64,000 bases of DNA from Alphaproteobacteria bacterium. Its GTDB lineage: Bacteria > Pseudomonadota > Alphaproteobacteria > GCA-2746255. The translations under genes and the position numbers were made by a program. Below the pieces are notes generated by a model. It worked only from the letters and a program-made list of their open reading frames with translations. It did no database searches and was not told the DNA's origin. The stretch covers positions 352,001-416,000 of the forward strand of contig OZ252220.1 of assembly GCA_965249135.1 (NCBI GenBank), given 5' to 3'. Position 1 is the stretch's first letter; each line of letters starts with the position of its first letter. Below are positions 48,590 to 60,389 of the stretch, in pieces.

Positions 48590-49369
48590 TTATCCGCCGG
48601 CCCGGGCCGTTTTCGTCCTCGCCGCCTCCGTTAAGGCGATTCGACCCACGCCAGGGAGCAGAATGGCGGGCCTTAACGGGTCGAATCCGATGACAAGACC
48701 CATAAAATTAAGCTCAAACCCCTCTTTTTGGCCATAAAGCGCGCCTAAAAGCCCAAAAAACGAGATTTGATGGCCGGTTCCACTGGGAGCGGGGGCAAAA
48801 AACCCGTAATTCAACAGAAAATCCTTGCCGATGGCCGTCGGTGGCAGCGCCAGGCCAAGCTCCGGAACGGCGCGGGCCACATAGGCCGTGAAGGTGTTGC
48901 TGTTCGGTCCCGGCCACATACGGTAATTCGAATGGGGGTAGGCCGCGATGGCGGCGCGCATTTTTTCGAGCACCGCCTCGGCTGGCTTCCCCCGGATGTC
49001 GAGGATGATTTCCGGCGCGTTTCCATACCAATGGCGATCCGGCAGGTCTTCCTCCACCGACAACGCCGGTTTGCCGAACATCGGGTACCAGCCGACCACC
49101 TGGAAGACGGTGAACCGCGCTGCCTTCGCGGGCTTTACGGCGATCCACGTGTGCACCCCGAAGATCCCCCGCCACGAAAAGGCACGCGCCGCGTAGACCT
49201 GCAGGACGGCTTCGGACGTTTCGGCCGGATCCGGCGCAATGCCTGCGCTTTGCCGATCCGCCGTCCGCCAATCGGCGTCGAACTCGACCTCGTCTGCGGC
49301 CAGGCTGACCAGCGGGCCGGCCGCGAAAAGCAGCACGAAAAGCGCCAAAATCCACTGCCATTTGGCCAT
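48590..49369 (-). CDS. DUF3750 family protein
   Basis: WRGIFGVHTW, WPGPNSNTF and LPPTAIGKD. Confidence 0.85.
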   Translation of the reverse strand: MAKWQWILALFVLLFAAGPLVSLAADEVEFDADWRTADRQSAGIAPDPAETSEAVLQVYAARAFSWRGIFGVHTWIAVKPAKAARFTVFQVVGWYPMFGKPALSVEEDLPDRHWYGNAPEIILDIRGKPAEAVLEKMRAAIAAYPHSNYRMWPGPNSNTFTAYVARAVPELGLALPPTAIGKDFLLNYGFFAPAPSGTGHQISFFGLLGALYGQKEGFELNFMGLVIGFDPLRPAILLPGVGRIALTEAARTKTARAGG

Positions 49370-49482
49370 GAAAGGATGTTAGCATTTGCGATCGGGACGC
49401 ACTACTTTGCCTGAGTTGGCGGTAGCACTGGGGCGTGAAAAGGCTTTTGTTTTTTACCGAAGGCGCTCTTTTCTATAGTTTT

Positions 49483-49983
49483 ATGGTAAGATTTTTATTT
49501 ATTTTATTGATTTCACTGACGTTTTTTGTCGGAACTGCCCATGCCGACTTCGACGAAGGACTCAGCGCCTACAAGCAGAAAGACTTCAAGAAGGCGTTTG
49601 AAGAATGGCAGCCGCTGGCCGAGCAGGGCGACATGCTGGCCCAGTTCTACCTCGGCCTGATCTATGGCTTCGGCCAAGGCGTCGAGAAGGACCTCGCCGA
49701 GGCGATCCGCTGGTGGCGGCGGTCGGCCGAGCAGGGCAACATCGCCGCCCAGTCCAATCTCGGCTTCATGTATAAATACGGCAATGGCGTGCCCCAGGAC
49801 ATCGTGCTGGCCTATATGTGGTCGAAAATCGCGGCCACGGGTGGCGCCAGCTTTGCCAAAGCGAATCTTAAGGTCATGTCGAAGGAAATGACCGAGACGG
49901 ACATCCAAAAGGCGGAACAACTCGCCAGGGAGTGGCGGGCATCCCATCCTGCGGCCGCCGCCTCGCCGGGCGTGGCCCCTTAA
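49483..49983 (+). CDS. Exported Sel1-like repeat protein
   Basis: AEQG..AQ..LG..Y..G.GV repeats and a signal peptide. Confidence 0.88.
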   Translation: MVRFLFILLISLTFFVGTAHADFDEGLSAYKQKDFKKAFEEWQPLAEQGDMLAQFYLGLIYGFGQGVEKDLAEAIRWWRRSAEQGNIAAQSNLGFMYKYGNGVPQDIVLAYMWSKIAATGGASFAKANLKVMSKEMTETDIQKAEQLAREWRASHPAAAASPGVAP

Positions 49984-49990
49984 GAATCCC

Positions 49991-50740
49991 ATGGGGTGGA
50001 ACTACCTCCGGGCGAATAACCTTGCGGCGCTTCTGTTTCTCGTTGCCATCGCGCTGGCGTCGGATGCCACGGACTATTACTTGCAATATCGCAAGGCACT
50101 CGTGCTTCGCATCGACGCGCGGGCCTTTGCCGTCGAAGAGGAAACCGGCGTTGCGATCCTCGATCGCCGGGTGATCGCCGCCATCACCCACGTGCCGCGC
50201 CATCGCTTCGTGCCGATGCGCCTCCAGGCCTTCGCCTATTCCGATGTGCCGCTGCCCGTGGGTCACGGTCAGAACATCTCGACCCCGTTTCTTATCGCGT
50301 TGATGACGGATTTGGCGCGTATCAATAAGGACGACGTCGTCTTCGAGACCGGCACGGGCGCCGGCTACCATGCCGCCGTCCTGGCCGAGCTCGGCAAGCA
50401 GGTGTACAGCGTCGAGGTCGTCGAGCCACTTGCCGGCAAAGCGTCGGACACGCTCAGGAGGCTTGGCTACGGGAACATCGAAACCCGGGTCGGCGACGGC
50501 TATTTCGGCTGGGAGGATCGGGGGCCGTTCGATGCGATCCTCGTGAAGGAGGCGGTCGACCATGTGCCGCCGCCCTTGCTCAAGCAGCTTAGCCTGGGCG
50601 GGCGCATGATCATCCCCGTCGGTCCATTGGAGGGCACCCAGGAGTTGCTCGTCATCGAGAAGGATCTTGAGGGCGTCTTGCGCAAACGAAGCGTGCTGAC
50701 GGTTCGTTTCTCTCCCCTGCAGGGCGGAAGCCGGATCTAA
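49991..50740 (+). CDS. pcm: Protein-L-isoaspartate O-methyltransferase, copy 1
   Basis: VPRHRFV, GQNISTP, GTGAGYHAA, GDGYFGW and GGRMIIPVG. Confidence 0.88.
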   Translation: MGWNYLRANNLAALLFLVAIALASDATDYYLQYRKALVLRIDARAFAVEEETGVAILDRRVIAAITHVPRHRFVPMRLQAFAYSDVPLPVGHGQNISTPFLIALMTDLARINKDDVVFETGTGAGYHAAVLAELGKQVYSVEVVEPLAGKASDTLRRLGYGNIETRVGDGYFGWEDRGPFDAILVKEAVDHVPPPLLKQLSLGGRMIIPVGPLEGTQELLVIEKDLEGVLRKRSVLTVRFSPLQGGSRI

Positions 50741-52755
50741 TTTTCAAGGCGACAGGTTTATGGGCAAGTCGCTGACTCGAAATGTCCGTGAGGTGCAAAG
50801 CTAACATTCGCCGCTTGGCCTCGAAGGTCTGCTTTTAGGCAGGAGGGGATGTTTGATGGGTTACGGAAACCGGAATTATATTGGATCGTTGACCGAGCAG
50901 GCCACTCCTCCGCACCCTAAGACTAGGTACGTCCGGCGGATCGAGGAACGGTGAGTAGTGATGCACATAAGCCATGTAGAAATCAGCAATTTTCGGTCGC
51001 TGCAGTCGGTGTCGGTGCCGTTAAATACGTTCAGTGTTTTGCTTGGTGAGAACGATGTGGGGAAAACTTCATTCCTTCATGCTCTCGACAAGTTCTTCCT
51101 TGGTAAGAAGCTCGTTGATCCCAACGATTGGTTCAAGAAGGACACGGGCAACGAAATCCGCATTGTGCTCACTTTTCAGGAAGCTCCCCACGACAGGCTA
51201 AAAGATTTTTGTCGCAGCGATGGGTCAATCGTAGTGAGCAAAGTGTTTCCGTTCGGCGAAAGCCCCCAAATCAAGGCAATTCTCGACGACAATTCCGCTA
51301 TGAGCATCCCAGGGCCGATACTGAGCAAGTGGTTCTCATCGGAGCGATTTCACTTCATTCCTGTCCGTCGTGACCTTGCAGTCCAGCTCTCAATGACCAA
51401 GACCGCTCTTCTCGGAAAAATGCTACGGGCTCGAATGAAGGAAAAACTTACAGATGGGGGCACCAAGACATCTCTTGAAGAACTGGAACACCTCCTTATG
51501 GATTCAATCTCCGAGCCGAGAACAATGCTTGAGAACTTTCTGCGACAGCAGATGCACGATAATGCTGTCCGACTCGGATTTGACGATCTCGAAATCGATC
51601 CGGTGGAGGGGGTCAAGTTCGTTGTGAACTTGTCTGATGATCGCGTAGATAACGTGAAAATTGAAAATCGGGGTGCGGGAACACAGAATAACTTGATCAT
51701 CGCTCTTTTCCGGTTGGTCGCTGACCTTGCTGCCGAGGGCTACCTAATCTTGGCGATGGAGGAACCCGAAAATAGTCTTCATCCGAAGGCACAACGTCAG
51801 CTCTTGTCGGTAATCCAAGAGATTAGCGTCAAATCGCAGGTTATCGTCACCACCCATTCACCTGTATTCATCGATCGGAGCCGTTTCGAGAACAATGTCC
51901 TAATGACACGTACTGCCAGCGGGAACACCGTTGCTAAGACGTTCGATGTTTCGTTACTCGATGAGGTCCGAACCGATCTCGGAATACGGGCGTCAGACGC
52001 GCTCCTTAAGGGCGGTGGAAACTGCGCGATATTAGTTGAAGGTAGTACAGAGGAGGATGGATTTCCAACCTTCATGGAGATGTGTGGAATGAGTGAATTC
52101 CACTTGGGTATCGCAATCATCAATATGAACGGCAGCGACTCTAAAAGAGCCGAAACAATCGCCCGATTACTCTACGCATATGATATCCCCTGCATCATTG
52201 TTTTTGATCGAAATGCAGAAAACGCGGCTAAGGATTTAGAGCGCGCAGCAGCAGCCTCGCTCCCAAACATTAAAAAAGTGTTCTGCCTGAGGAAGGGCAA
52301 CATCGAAGATTACTTTCCCCTTGAAATTATTGCGGATGTCATCAATCGCGAATTAAGTCCGACAAAGGAAGTTACCGTAACTGATTTCGATTCGAGCAAG
52401 TCGGGACAAGACCGTCTCAATGATTTCAAGAAGGTTATGTACGAACACGGAGCTGGCGGATCCACCAGGTACTTGAAAAGACTCCTCGGTGGTCTCGGGG
52501 CCAGGTTGATAAAGGAACGAGCTATACCCCTCGATCCTGAACTTGTTGAAATATTCAACACTGTTAAGGCAATTGCCGATCCGGATTAGGTTCGGAACAC
52601 CGGCTAGGAAGGGGCGGGCGCATGATCATCCCCGTCGGTCCATTGGAGGGCACCCAGGAGTTGCTCGTCATCGAGAAGGATCTTGAGGGCGTCTTGCGCA
52701 AACGAAGCGTGCTGACGGTTCGTTTCTCTCCCCTGCAGGGCGGAGGCCGGATCTA
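50596..52755. mobile_element. Integrase-less islet bounded by a 144-bp direct repeat (50596-50739 and 52612-52755)
   Basis: 143/144 identical copies of the pcm 3' end flank a visibly AT-richer gene. Confidence 0.8.
50958..52589 (+). CDS. OLD-family ATP-dependent nuclease (ABC ATPase plus TOPRIM)
   Basis: NFRS, GENDVGKTS, GAGTQ, MEEPENSLHP, TTHSP, ILVEGSTE and IEDYF. Confidence 0.88.
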   Translation: MMHISHVEISNFRSLQSVSVPLNTFSVLLGENDVGKTSFLHALDKFFLGKKLVDPNDWFKKDTGNEIRIVLTFQEAPHDRLKDFCRSDGSIVVSKVFPFGESPQIKAILDDNSAMSIPGPILSKWFSSERFHFIPVRRDLAVQLSMTKTALLGKMLRARMKEKLTDGGTKTSLEELEHLLMDSISEPRTMLENFLRQQMHDNAVRLGFDDLEIDPVEGVKFVVNLSDDRVDNVKIENRGAGTQNNLIIALFRLVADLAAEGYLILAMEEPENSLHPKAQRQLLSVIQEISVKSQVIVTTHSPVFIDRSRFENNVLMTRTASGNTVAKTFDVSLLDEVRTDLGIRASDALLKGGGNCAILVEGSTEEDGFPTFMEMCGMSEFHLGIAIINMNGSDSKRAETIARLLYAYDIPCIIVFDRNAENAAKDLERAAAASLPNIKKVFCLRKGNIEDYFPLEIIADVINRELSPTKEVTVTDFDSSKSGQDRLNDFKKVMYEHGAGGSTRYLKRLLGGLGARLIKERAIPLDPELVEIFNTVKAIADPD

Positions 52756-52765
52756 GCCGCCGGAT

Positions 52766-53710
52766 CTAACCAGCGGGTGGCGGGTTGATGGCCTGGTGCT
52801 CGATGAGCCAGTTGCGGCTCACCCGGATGATCGTCTCCATCAGCTCGCGGTCGCCCGGCATCATGTGATCCGATTTTAATGTCACGATCGTCTTCGGCTC
52901 CGGCAGCAACGCGCGCAGCCGTTCGACCGTCTCGAAGGGCACGAGGCGATCGTCGCTGCCGTTCAGCAGCAGGAATTCCCCTTTCAGATGGGGAAGGTGA
53001 TGGACCGGCTCGAGCTCACGCAAGCCAAGCACGGCAAGACCGGTAAGCGTACCCCGAAGCCACGCCGGTTCCTTGCGAAAGGCGAACCGGAAGATCGGTG
53101 CAAGATCGGCCCCGCCATAGGCGATGATCGAGGGGCCGATCCGCATCCCATGCAGGCGCGCCATGTGATGGACGGCGGGCAGGTAGAGCGCGCCGAGGCT
53201 GAAGCCGAGCAGGCTGGTCCGCCCGTCCGACCAGGCTTGCCCGCGTGCCCAGCTGAGGACGGCAAGGATTTGGGCCGGCACCTGGCGGGAGGCCCGCCGG
53301 GCGGCCAGCATCCGTCGCGGCCACCATGCTTCGTACCAGGCCTCCCTCGACAAGGGATAGTCATAGCCGATCACCGCGTTTGCGCCCGCCTTCGGCACCT
53401 CAAAGATGCTGCGCTTGCCGGTGTCGAAACCGCCAAGCAGGATCACGGTGGCAAGGCCGCCTTCCGGCGTCGCCTCGGGCAGGCTTAAGGAGATCTCGAC
53501 CGCATCGAAGCCTTCGAGGCCAAGGGTGATGGCCGTACACACGCGGTGCGGCTCGCACGCCATGGGCTGTTCGCGTAGCAGGCGCGCCGGCGGGATATTG
53601 TCTTGGATGAGCGCCAAGGGGTCTTTCATCTTTTCATGGCCGATCCAGCCACCAAGGAAGAGGATGCCGGCGCCCAAGACGAAAAGAATACCGAGAAGAA
53701 GTGTTTTCAT
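52766..53710 (-). CDS. Membrane-anchored alpha/beta hydrolase
   Basis: N-terminal TM helix; GFSLG nucleophile elbow, D.LVP and SDH. Confidence 0.75.
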   Translation of the reverse strand: MKTLLLGILFVLGAGILFLGGWIGHEKMKDPLALIQDNIPPARLLREQPMACEPHRVCTAITLGLEGFDAVEISLSLPEATPEGGLATVILLGGFDTGKRSIFEVPKAGANAVIGYDYPLSREAWYEAWWPRRMLAARRASRQVPAQILAVLSWARGQAWSDGRTSLLGFSLGALYLPAVHHMARLHGMRIGPSIIAYGGADLAPIFRFAFRKEPAWLRGTLTGLAVLGLRELEPVHHLPHLKGEFLLLNGSDDRLVPFETVERLRALLPEPKTIVTLKSDHMMPGDRELMETIIRVSRNWLIEHQAINPPPAG

Positions 53711-53740
53711 CGAGACTTCCTCCGATCCTTCGGCTTCCTC

Positions 53741-53782
53741 ATTCCCAGGGCGCCAATTCCCAGGGCGCCAATTCCTAGGGCG
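53741..53782. repeat. 15-bp tandem repeat, about 3 copies
   Basis: ATTCCCAGGGCGCCA twice, then ATTCCTAGGGCG. Confidence 0.85.
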
Positions 53783-53891
53783 AAGGGATAAGGATTGTCG
53801 CACGAAGCGGAGGAAAGGGAAGGGCCGGACCTTTTTGGCCAGACCTTTCCTTGTTAGGCCAGGCCCTTCCTTGAAAACTGGCCTTGAAAAC

Positions 53892-53967
53892 TGGCTCCCC
53901 GGGTCGGACTCGAACCAACGACACAGCGGTTAACAGCCGCTTGCTCTACCAACTGAGCTACCGGGGA
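53892..53967 (-). tRNA. tRNA-Asn(GTT)
   Basis: 76-nt cloverleaf, AGCGG-CTGTTAA-CCGCT anticodon arm, CCA end. Confidence 0.97.
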
Positions 53968-54159
53968 TCATCGGACGCGACCGAGCAAAACCGCGCATCG
54001 CACCGTTTCGCTATATAGCAGAGCCCGCAATACCTTGCCAGCATCCGATGCGCCTTCACAAAAGCTTAAACGCCCGGAAATCCTGGGGGAATGGCGGAAT
54101 CTTGCTATGCTTGTGTCGGCGTGAAGGAACGGCAAGGAGAACCGAAACGTGTCGCAACG

Positions 54160-54360
54160 ATGGCGGCGTTTAAAAGCCCGGGCGTGGTGCGCCGGGCGAC
54201 GTTCGTGGCAATCGTCGTCGGGACCCTTTTGAACCTGATTAACAATTATGGCGTTTTCTTGGGCGAGGCGCCGAGCCTTACCTTGGCCATGAAGATGGGC
54301 CTGACTTATATAGTGCCGTATGGGGTCTCAAGCTATAGCCAGGCTTTTTTAACTCCTTAA
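54160..54360 (+). CDS. Small membrane protein, NrtS-like
   Basis: VVGTLLNLIN and LTYIVPY.VS.Y motifs. Confidence 0.7.
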   Translation: MAAFKSPGVVRRATFVAIVVGTLLNLINNYGVFLGEAPSLTLAMKMGLTYIVPYGVSSYSQAFLTP

Positions 54361-54430
54361 CCATTTCAGGCTAGAGAGGAAGGGCCAAGCTGGAGGTGAA
54401 AAGACCGGCGCAGGTTCGGGCATGGAGTGC

Positions 54431-54504
54431 TGGAGGCGCGGGCCGGAATCGAACCGGCGTACACAGATTTGCAGTCTGCTGGATAACCACTCTCCCACCG
54501 CGCC
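54431..54504 (-). tRNA. tRNA-Cys(GCA)
   Basis: 74-nt cloverleaf, GCAGA-CTGCAAA-TCTGT anticodon arm, UCCA end. Confidence 0.96.
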
Positions 54505-54675
54505 GGTTGTTTTTCGTGTTGGGCTTGAATACCCCGGAAGGGCCAGAGATATAGGACCTGACCAAAGGGCGGTCAAGCAACGCGAAGCCCTTGAAAACCC
54601 GGCTTCCGAGCGTCGTTGTGTTCGCAACGTCCGGAAAGTATAAACGGTTCCCCGATTGATCGATCGAGAGATTTC

Positions 54676-55332
54676 ATGACCGATTTTGCTGCCGCCCGAC
54701 GGAACATGGTGGATTGCCAGTTGCGGCCGCATGAGGTGGCCGATCCGGGCATTATTGCCGCCATGCTCGACGTGCCGCGCGAGCGTTTCGTGCCCCCAAA
54801 CTTTCAGGGTGTCGCCTATATCGATGAGGACTTGGCCGTCGGCGAGGGACGCTACGTGATGGAGCCGATGGTGCTCGGGCGGCTCTTGCAGCTTGCCGAG
54901 ATCGGGCCCGACGACGTCGTGCTCGATATCGGCTGTGGCAGCGGCTATTCGGCCGTCGTGATCGGGCGTTTGGCGGGCACGGTCGTTGCCCTTGAGAGCG
55001 ATCCCGCCCTGGCAGCGACGGCAAGCGAACGGTTTACCGAGTTCGATTGCGACAACGTGGCCGTCGTGGAGGGGGCGCTGGCAGAAGGCTGCCCGGCCCA
55101 GGCCCCCTTCGATGTGATTTTCATCGACGGCGCCGTGGCGGAAGTGCCGGCGGCGATCACCGATCAGTTGAAAGAAGGCGGGCGTTTGGTAACGGTCGTG
55201 ACGGCCAAGGCGCGGGTCGGCCAAGGCGTCGTCATGATCCGCTCCGGAGACTGCGTGGGGTGCCGCGCCGTCTTCGACGCGGCAACGCCGCTCCTGCCGG
55301 GTTTCGCGGCCAAGGAAGAGTTTGTCTTCTAG
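54676..55332 (+). CDS. pcm: Protein-L-isoaspartate O-methyltransferase, copy 2
   Basis: RRNMVDCQLRP, VPRERFV and DIGCGSGY; usual pcm-tolC-popZ-valS order. Confidence 0.9.
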   Translation: MTDFAAARRNMVDCQLRPHEVADPGIIAAMLDVPRERFVPPNFQGVAYIDEDLAVGEGRYVMEPMVLGRLLQLAEIGPDDVVLDIGCGSGYSAVVIGRLAGTVVALESDPALAATASERFTEFDCDNVAVVEGALAEGCPAQAPFDVIFIDGAVAEVPAAITDQLKEGGRLVTVVTAKARVGQGVVMIRSGDCVGCRAVFDAATPLLPGFAAKEEFVF

Positions 55333-55392
55333 CGAATCTTATATTAATATTTAGCTGTAAATTTACATCAATTCTCTTCATCGACGGGATTT

Positions 55393-56787
55393 GTGGCAAA
55401 GGGGACTTCGAGATTGGGCAAGGCGGTCCGAGCAGTCCTGAAGGTCTGCGCGTTTCTTGTGGCCGGTGCGGCGCCGCTGACGGCTGCCGCCCAGACCCTT
55501 GAAGCAGCCCTTGCGGCCGCCTACCAGAACAATCCGACGCTCCAGGCCCAACGGGCCCAGCTTCGGGCGACGGACGAAGCGGTCCCGCAGGCGATGGCTG
55601 GCTGGCGGCCGACGATCACGGTGAGTGGCGAGACGGGGCAAAGCAGCGTCGATGGGAATCTCTTTGCCCAAACCACCGGCAGTCAGTCCCGCTCTCCCTC
55701 GAGCGTGAGCCTCGACGTTGCACAGCCGCTCTTCCGGGGCGGCCGGACCTTCTATGAGACCCGCCGCGCCGAGGACCGCATTCAGGCCGAGCGCGCGCGC
55801 CTTCGCGTCGTCGAGGCGCAAGTCCTCCTCGATGGCGCCGTTTCCTTCATCGACGTCGTGCGCGATCAAGCCGTCGTCGAGCTCAACGTCAACAACGAAC
55901 AAGTGCTCCGGCGTCAGCGGGAAGCCGCCGGCGACCGCTTCGAGGTCGGTGAAATCACCCGCACGGATGTCGCCCAGGCCGAAGCGAGGCTGGCCGGCGC
56001 GCGCGCCGGCCGGATTCGGGCGGAAGGAAACCTCGCTTCCTCGCGAGCGGCCTTCAAGAAGGTGATTGGCGTTGTGCCCCAAGAACTTGTCGAGCCCTTC
56101 GCGCCAAGGGACCTGCCCCAGGCTCGGGAAGTGGCCCTTCAGAGTGCCGCCAATTACTTTCCAGGCGTGATCTTGGCGGCGTTCAACGAGAAGGCCGCCA
56201 AGGAAACCATCAATATCGTCGAGGGCGAACTCTTGCCGACGGTTTCTCTGAATAGCGAAATCAGCAGGGCCAAGGAGCAGTTTTCTACCGTCGATGACAC
56301 GGAACGGGTCGCGGTCAGCGCGCAGATGACGGTGCCGCTCTATCAAGCCGGCACCGTCTATTCCCGGTTGCGTGAGGCGCGTCAGGTCGCCGGCCAACGC
56401 AAAGTCGAAGTCGAAGAGGCGCGCCGGCAAGCCATCGAGCAATCGGCCCGCGCCTGGTCGGACCTGGAAGCGGCCCGCGCCAGCATCGCCTCTATCGAGA
56501 CCCAGGTCGAAGCCTCCACCATCGCCCTTGAGGGCGTCCAACAGGAGGCCCTCGTCGGATCGCGCACCGTGCTTGACGTGCTGGATGCCGAGCAGGAACT
56601 TCTCGATGCAAAAGTGGAGCTGGTTCAGGCCCAACGGGACGAATTCGTGGCCAGTTTTCGCCTGAAGTCGGCGACCGGCGTGTTGACGGCGGAAGCCCTG
56701 GGACTCCCAGTTCGGGCCTACGATATGAACAAGCACTACGACGAAGTCCGGGATAAATGGATCGGCTTCGGCAGCGATCCGGAGTAA
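55393..56787 (+). CDS. tolC: TolC-family outer membrane protein
   Basis: AYQNNP, QPLFRGG, GEITRTDV and G.RTVLDVLDAEQEL. Confidence 0.92.
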   Translation: MAKGTSRLGKAVRAVLKVCAFLVAGAAPLTAAAQTLEAALAAAYQNNPTLQAQRAQLRATDEAVPQAMAGWRPTITVSGETGQSSVDGNLFAQTTGSQSRSPSSVSLDVAQPLFRGGRTFYETRRAEDRIQAERARLRVVEAQVLLDGAVSFIDVVRDQAVVELNVNNEQVLRRQREAAGDRFEVGEITRTDVAQAEARLAGARAGRIRAEGNLASSRAAFKKVIGVVPQELVEPFAPRDLPQAREVALQSAANYFPGVILAAFNEKAAKETINIVEGELLPTVSLNSEISRAKEQFSTVDDTERVAVSAQMTVPLYQAGTVYSRLREARQVAGQRKVEVEEARRQAIEQSARAWSDLEAARASIASIETQVEASTIALEGVQQEALVGSRTVLDVLDAEQELLDAKVELVQAQRDEFVASFRLKSATGVLTAEALGLPVRAYDMNKHYDEVRDKWIGFGSDPE

Positions 56788-56907
56788 TCGGACTCCCCGC
56801 TAGGGGCTTCTTATTCTGGCGTTTTTTCCGGGACTGGCTTAGGGTTAACCAATTGTTTTCCGGGACCGGCTAAGGCTTGGCTGGCCACGGTTGATAGGTG
56901 CGGACGA

Positions 56908-57603
56908 ATGATGGAAAGCCCAGAACAAACACCTGCCACAGAGGAGGGGGGCGAGGATCAGGGGGAACCCTCTATGGAGGAGATTCTCGCGTCCATTCGC
57001 CGTATCATTTCCGAAGACGAAGAGGCTGGTGAGGGGGAGCAGCCGGCCGACGCCGATTCGGAAGCGGCGACTGCCGAAGCAGGTGCAGAAGAAGCAGGGG
57101 CGAGCGAAGAAGACGTTCTGGATCTCACCCAGATGGTCACGAAGGACGGGGACGTGGTGGATCTCGCGGAAGGGAAAGAACCGGAGACGGAGATGACGGC
57201 AGAGGCGGACGAACAGGAAGAAGCCCCGGAGGAGACCGAGCCGGAAGCGGCGCCGGCGGACGAAAACGAGCTCGTGCTCGAAGACGCCGAGCCTGACGAG
57301 GCGGAACCGGCCGCCGAGGAAGCGGCAGCCCCGCCGGCCGCCGGCGACGACGATTCGCTTGTTTCCCCGCCGACGGCGGCCGCCGCGACCGAATCCTTCG
57401 AAGAACTTGCGAAGGCCGTCACCAAGGAAGAGGGGACCGGGACCCCGCTTGCTTCCATCCCCGGTAAGACCTTGGAAGACATCGTCAAGGAATTGCTGCG
57501 CCCGATGCTGAAGGAATGGTTCGACCAGAATCTTCCTTCGCTCACCGAAAAACTGGTACGAAAAGAGGTCGAGCGGGCTGCTCGCCGGGCCGAAGAACTC
57601 TAA
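56908..57603 (+). CDS. popZ: Polar organizing protein PopZ
   Basis: EPSMEEILASIRRII, acidic disordered core and LRPMLKEWFDQNLP. Confidence 0.92.
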   Translation: MMESPEQTPATEEGGEDQGEPSMEEILASIRRIISEDEEAGEGEQPADADSEAATAEAGAEEAGASEEDVLDLTQMVTKDGDVVDLAEGKEPETEMTAEADEQEEAPEETEPEAAPADENELVLEDAEPDEAEPAAEEAAAPPAAGDDDSLVSPPTAAAATESFEELAKAVTKEEGTGTPLASIPGKTLEDIVKELLRPMLKEWFDQNLPSLTEKLVRKEVERAARRAEEL

Positions 57604-57693
57604 ACTCCCACGCGATTTGGATGCATCTAGGCTACGGCGGTCCGTGGCCATGGTTCGTTTTGCTTGAAAAGGTGAGGCAACGTTCCCAACGCA

Positions 57694-60327
<2,634 letters not shown>

Positions 60328-60389
60328 ATGCCGTTCCGGCATTAGAATGACGCGCCGATGATTAGGGCTGATGATTAAGGAAGAGACCC

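Noticed and set aside
45900-48590. Cobalamin or TPP riboswitch upstream of the mutase and lyase genes
   Set aside because: Intergenic gaps are about 100 bp or less and no aptamer motifs were recognisable
50775-50855. Weak hairpins upstream of the OLD gene as attC-like cassette sites
   Set aside because: Pairing is short and degenerate, with no clear R/L boxes and no integron integrase
53892-54504. tRNA-Asn or tRNA-Cys as integration sites
   Set aside because: No duplicated tRNA 3' ends and no integrase found
56908-57603. Highly acidic low-complexity protein as a novelty
   Set aside because: This is the known disordered region of PopZ
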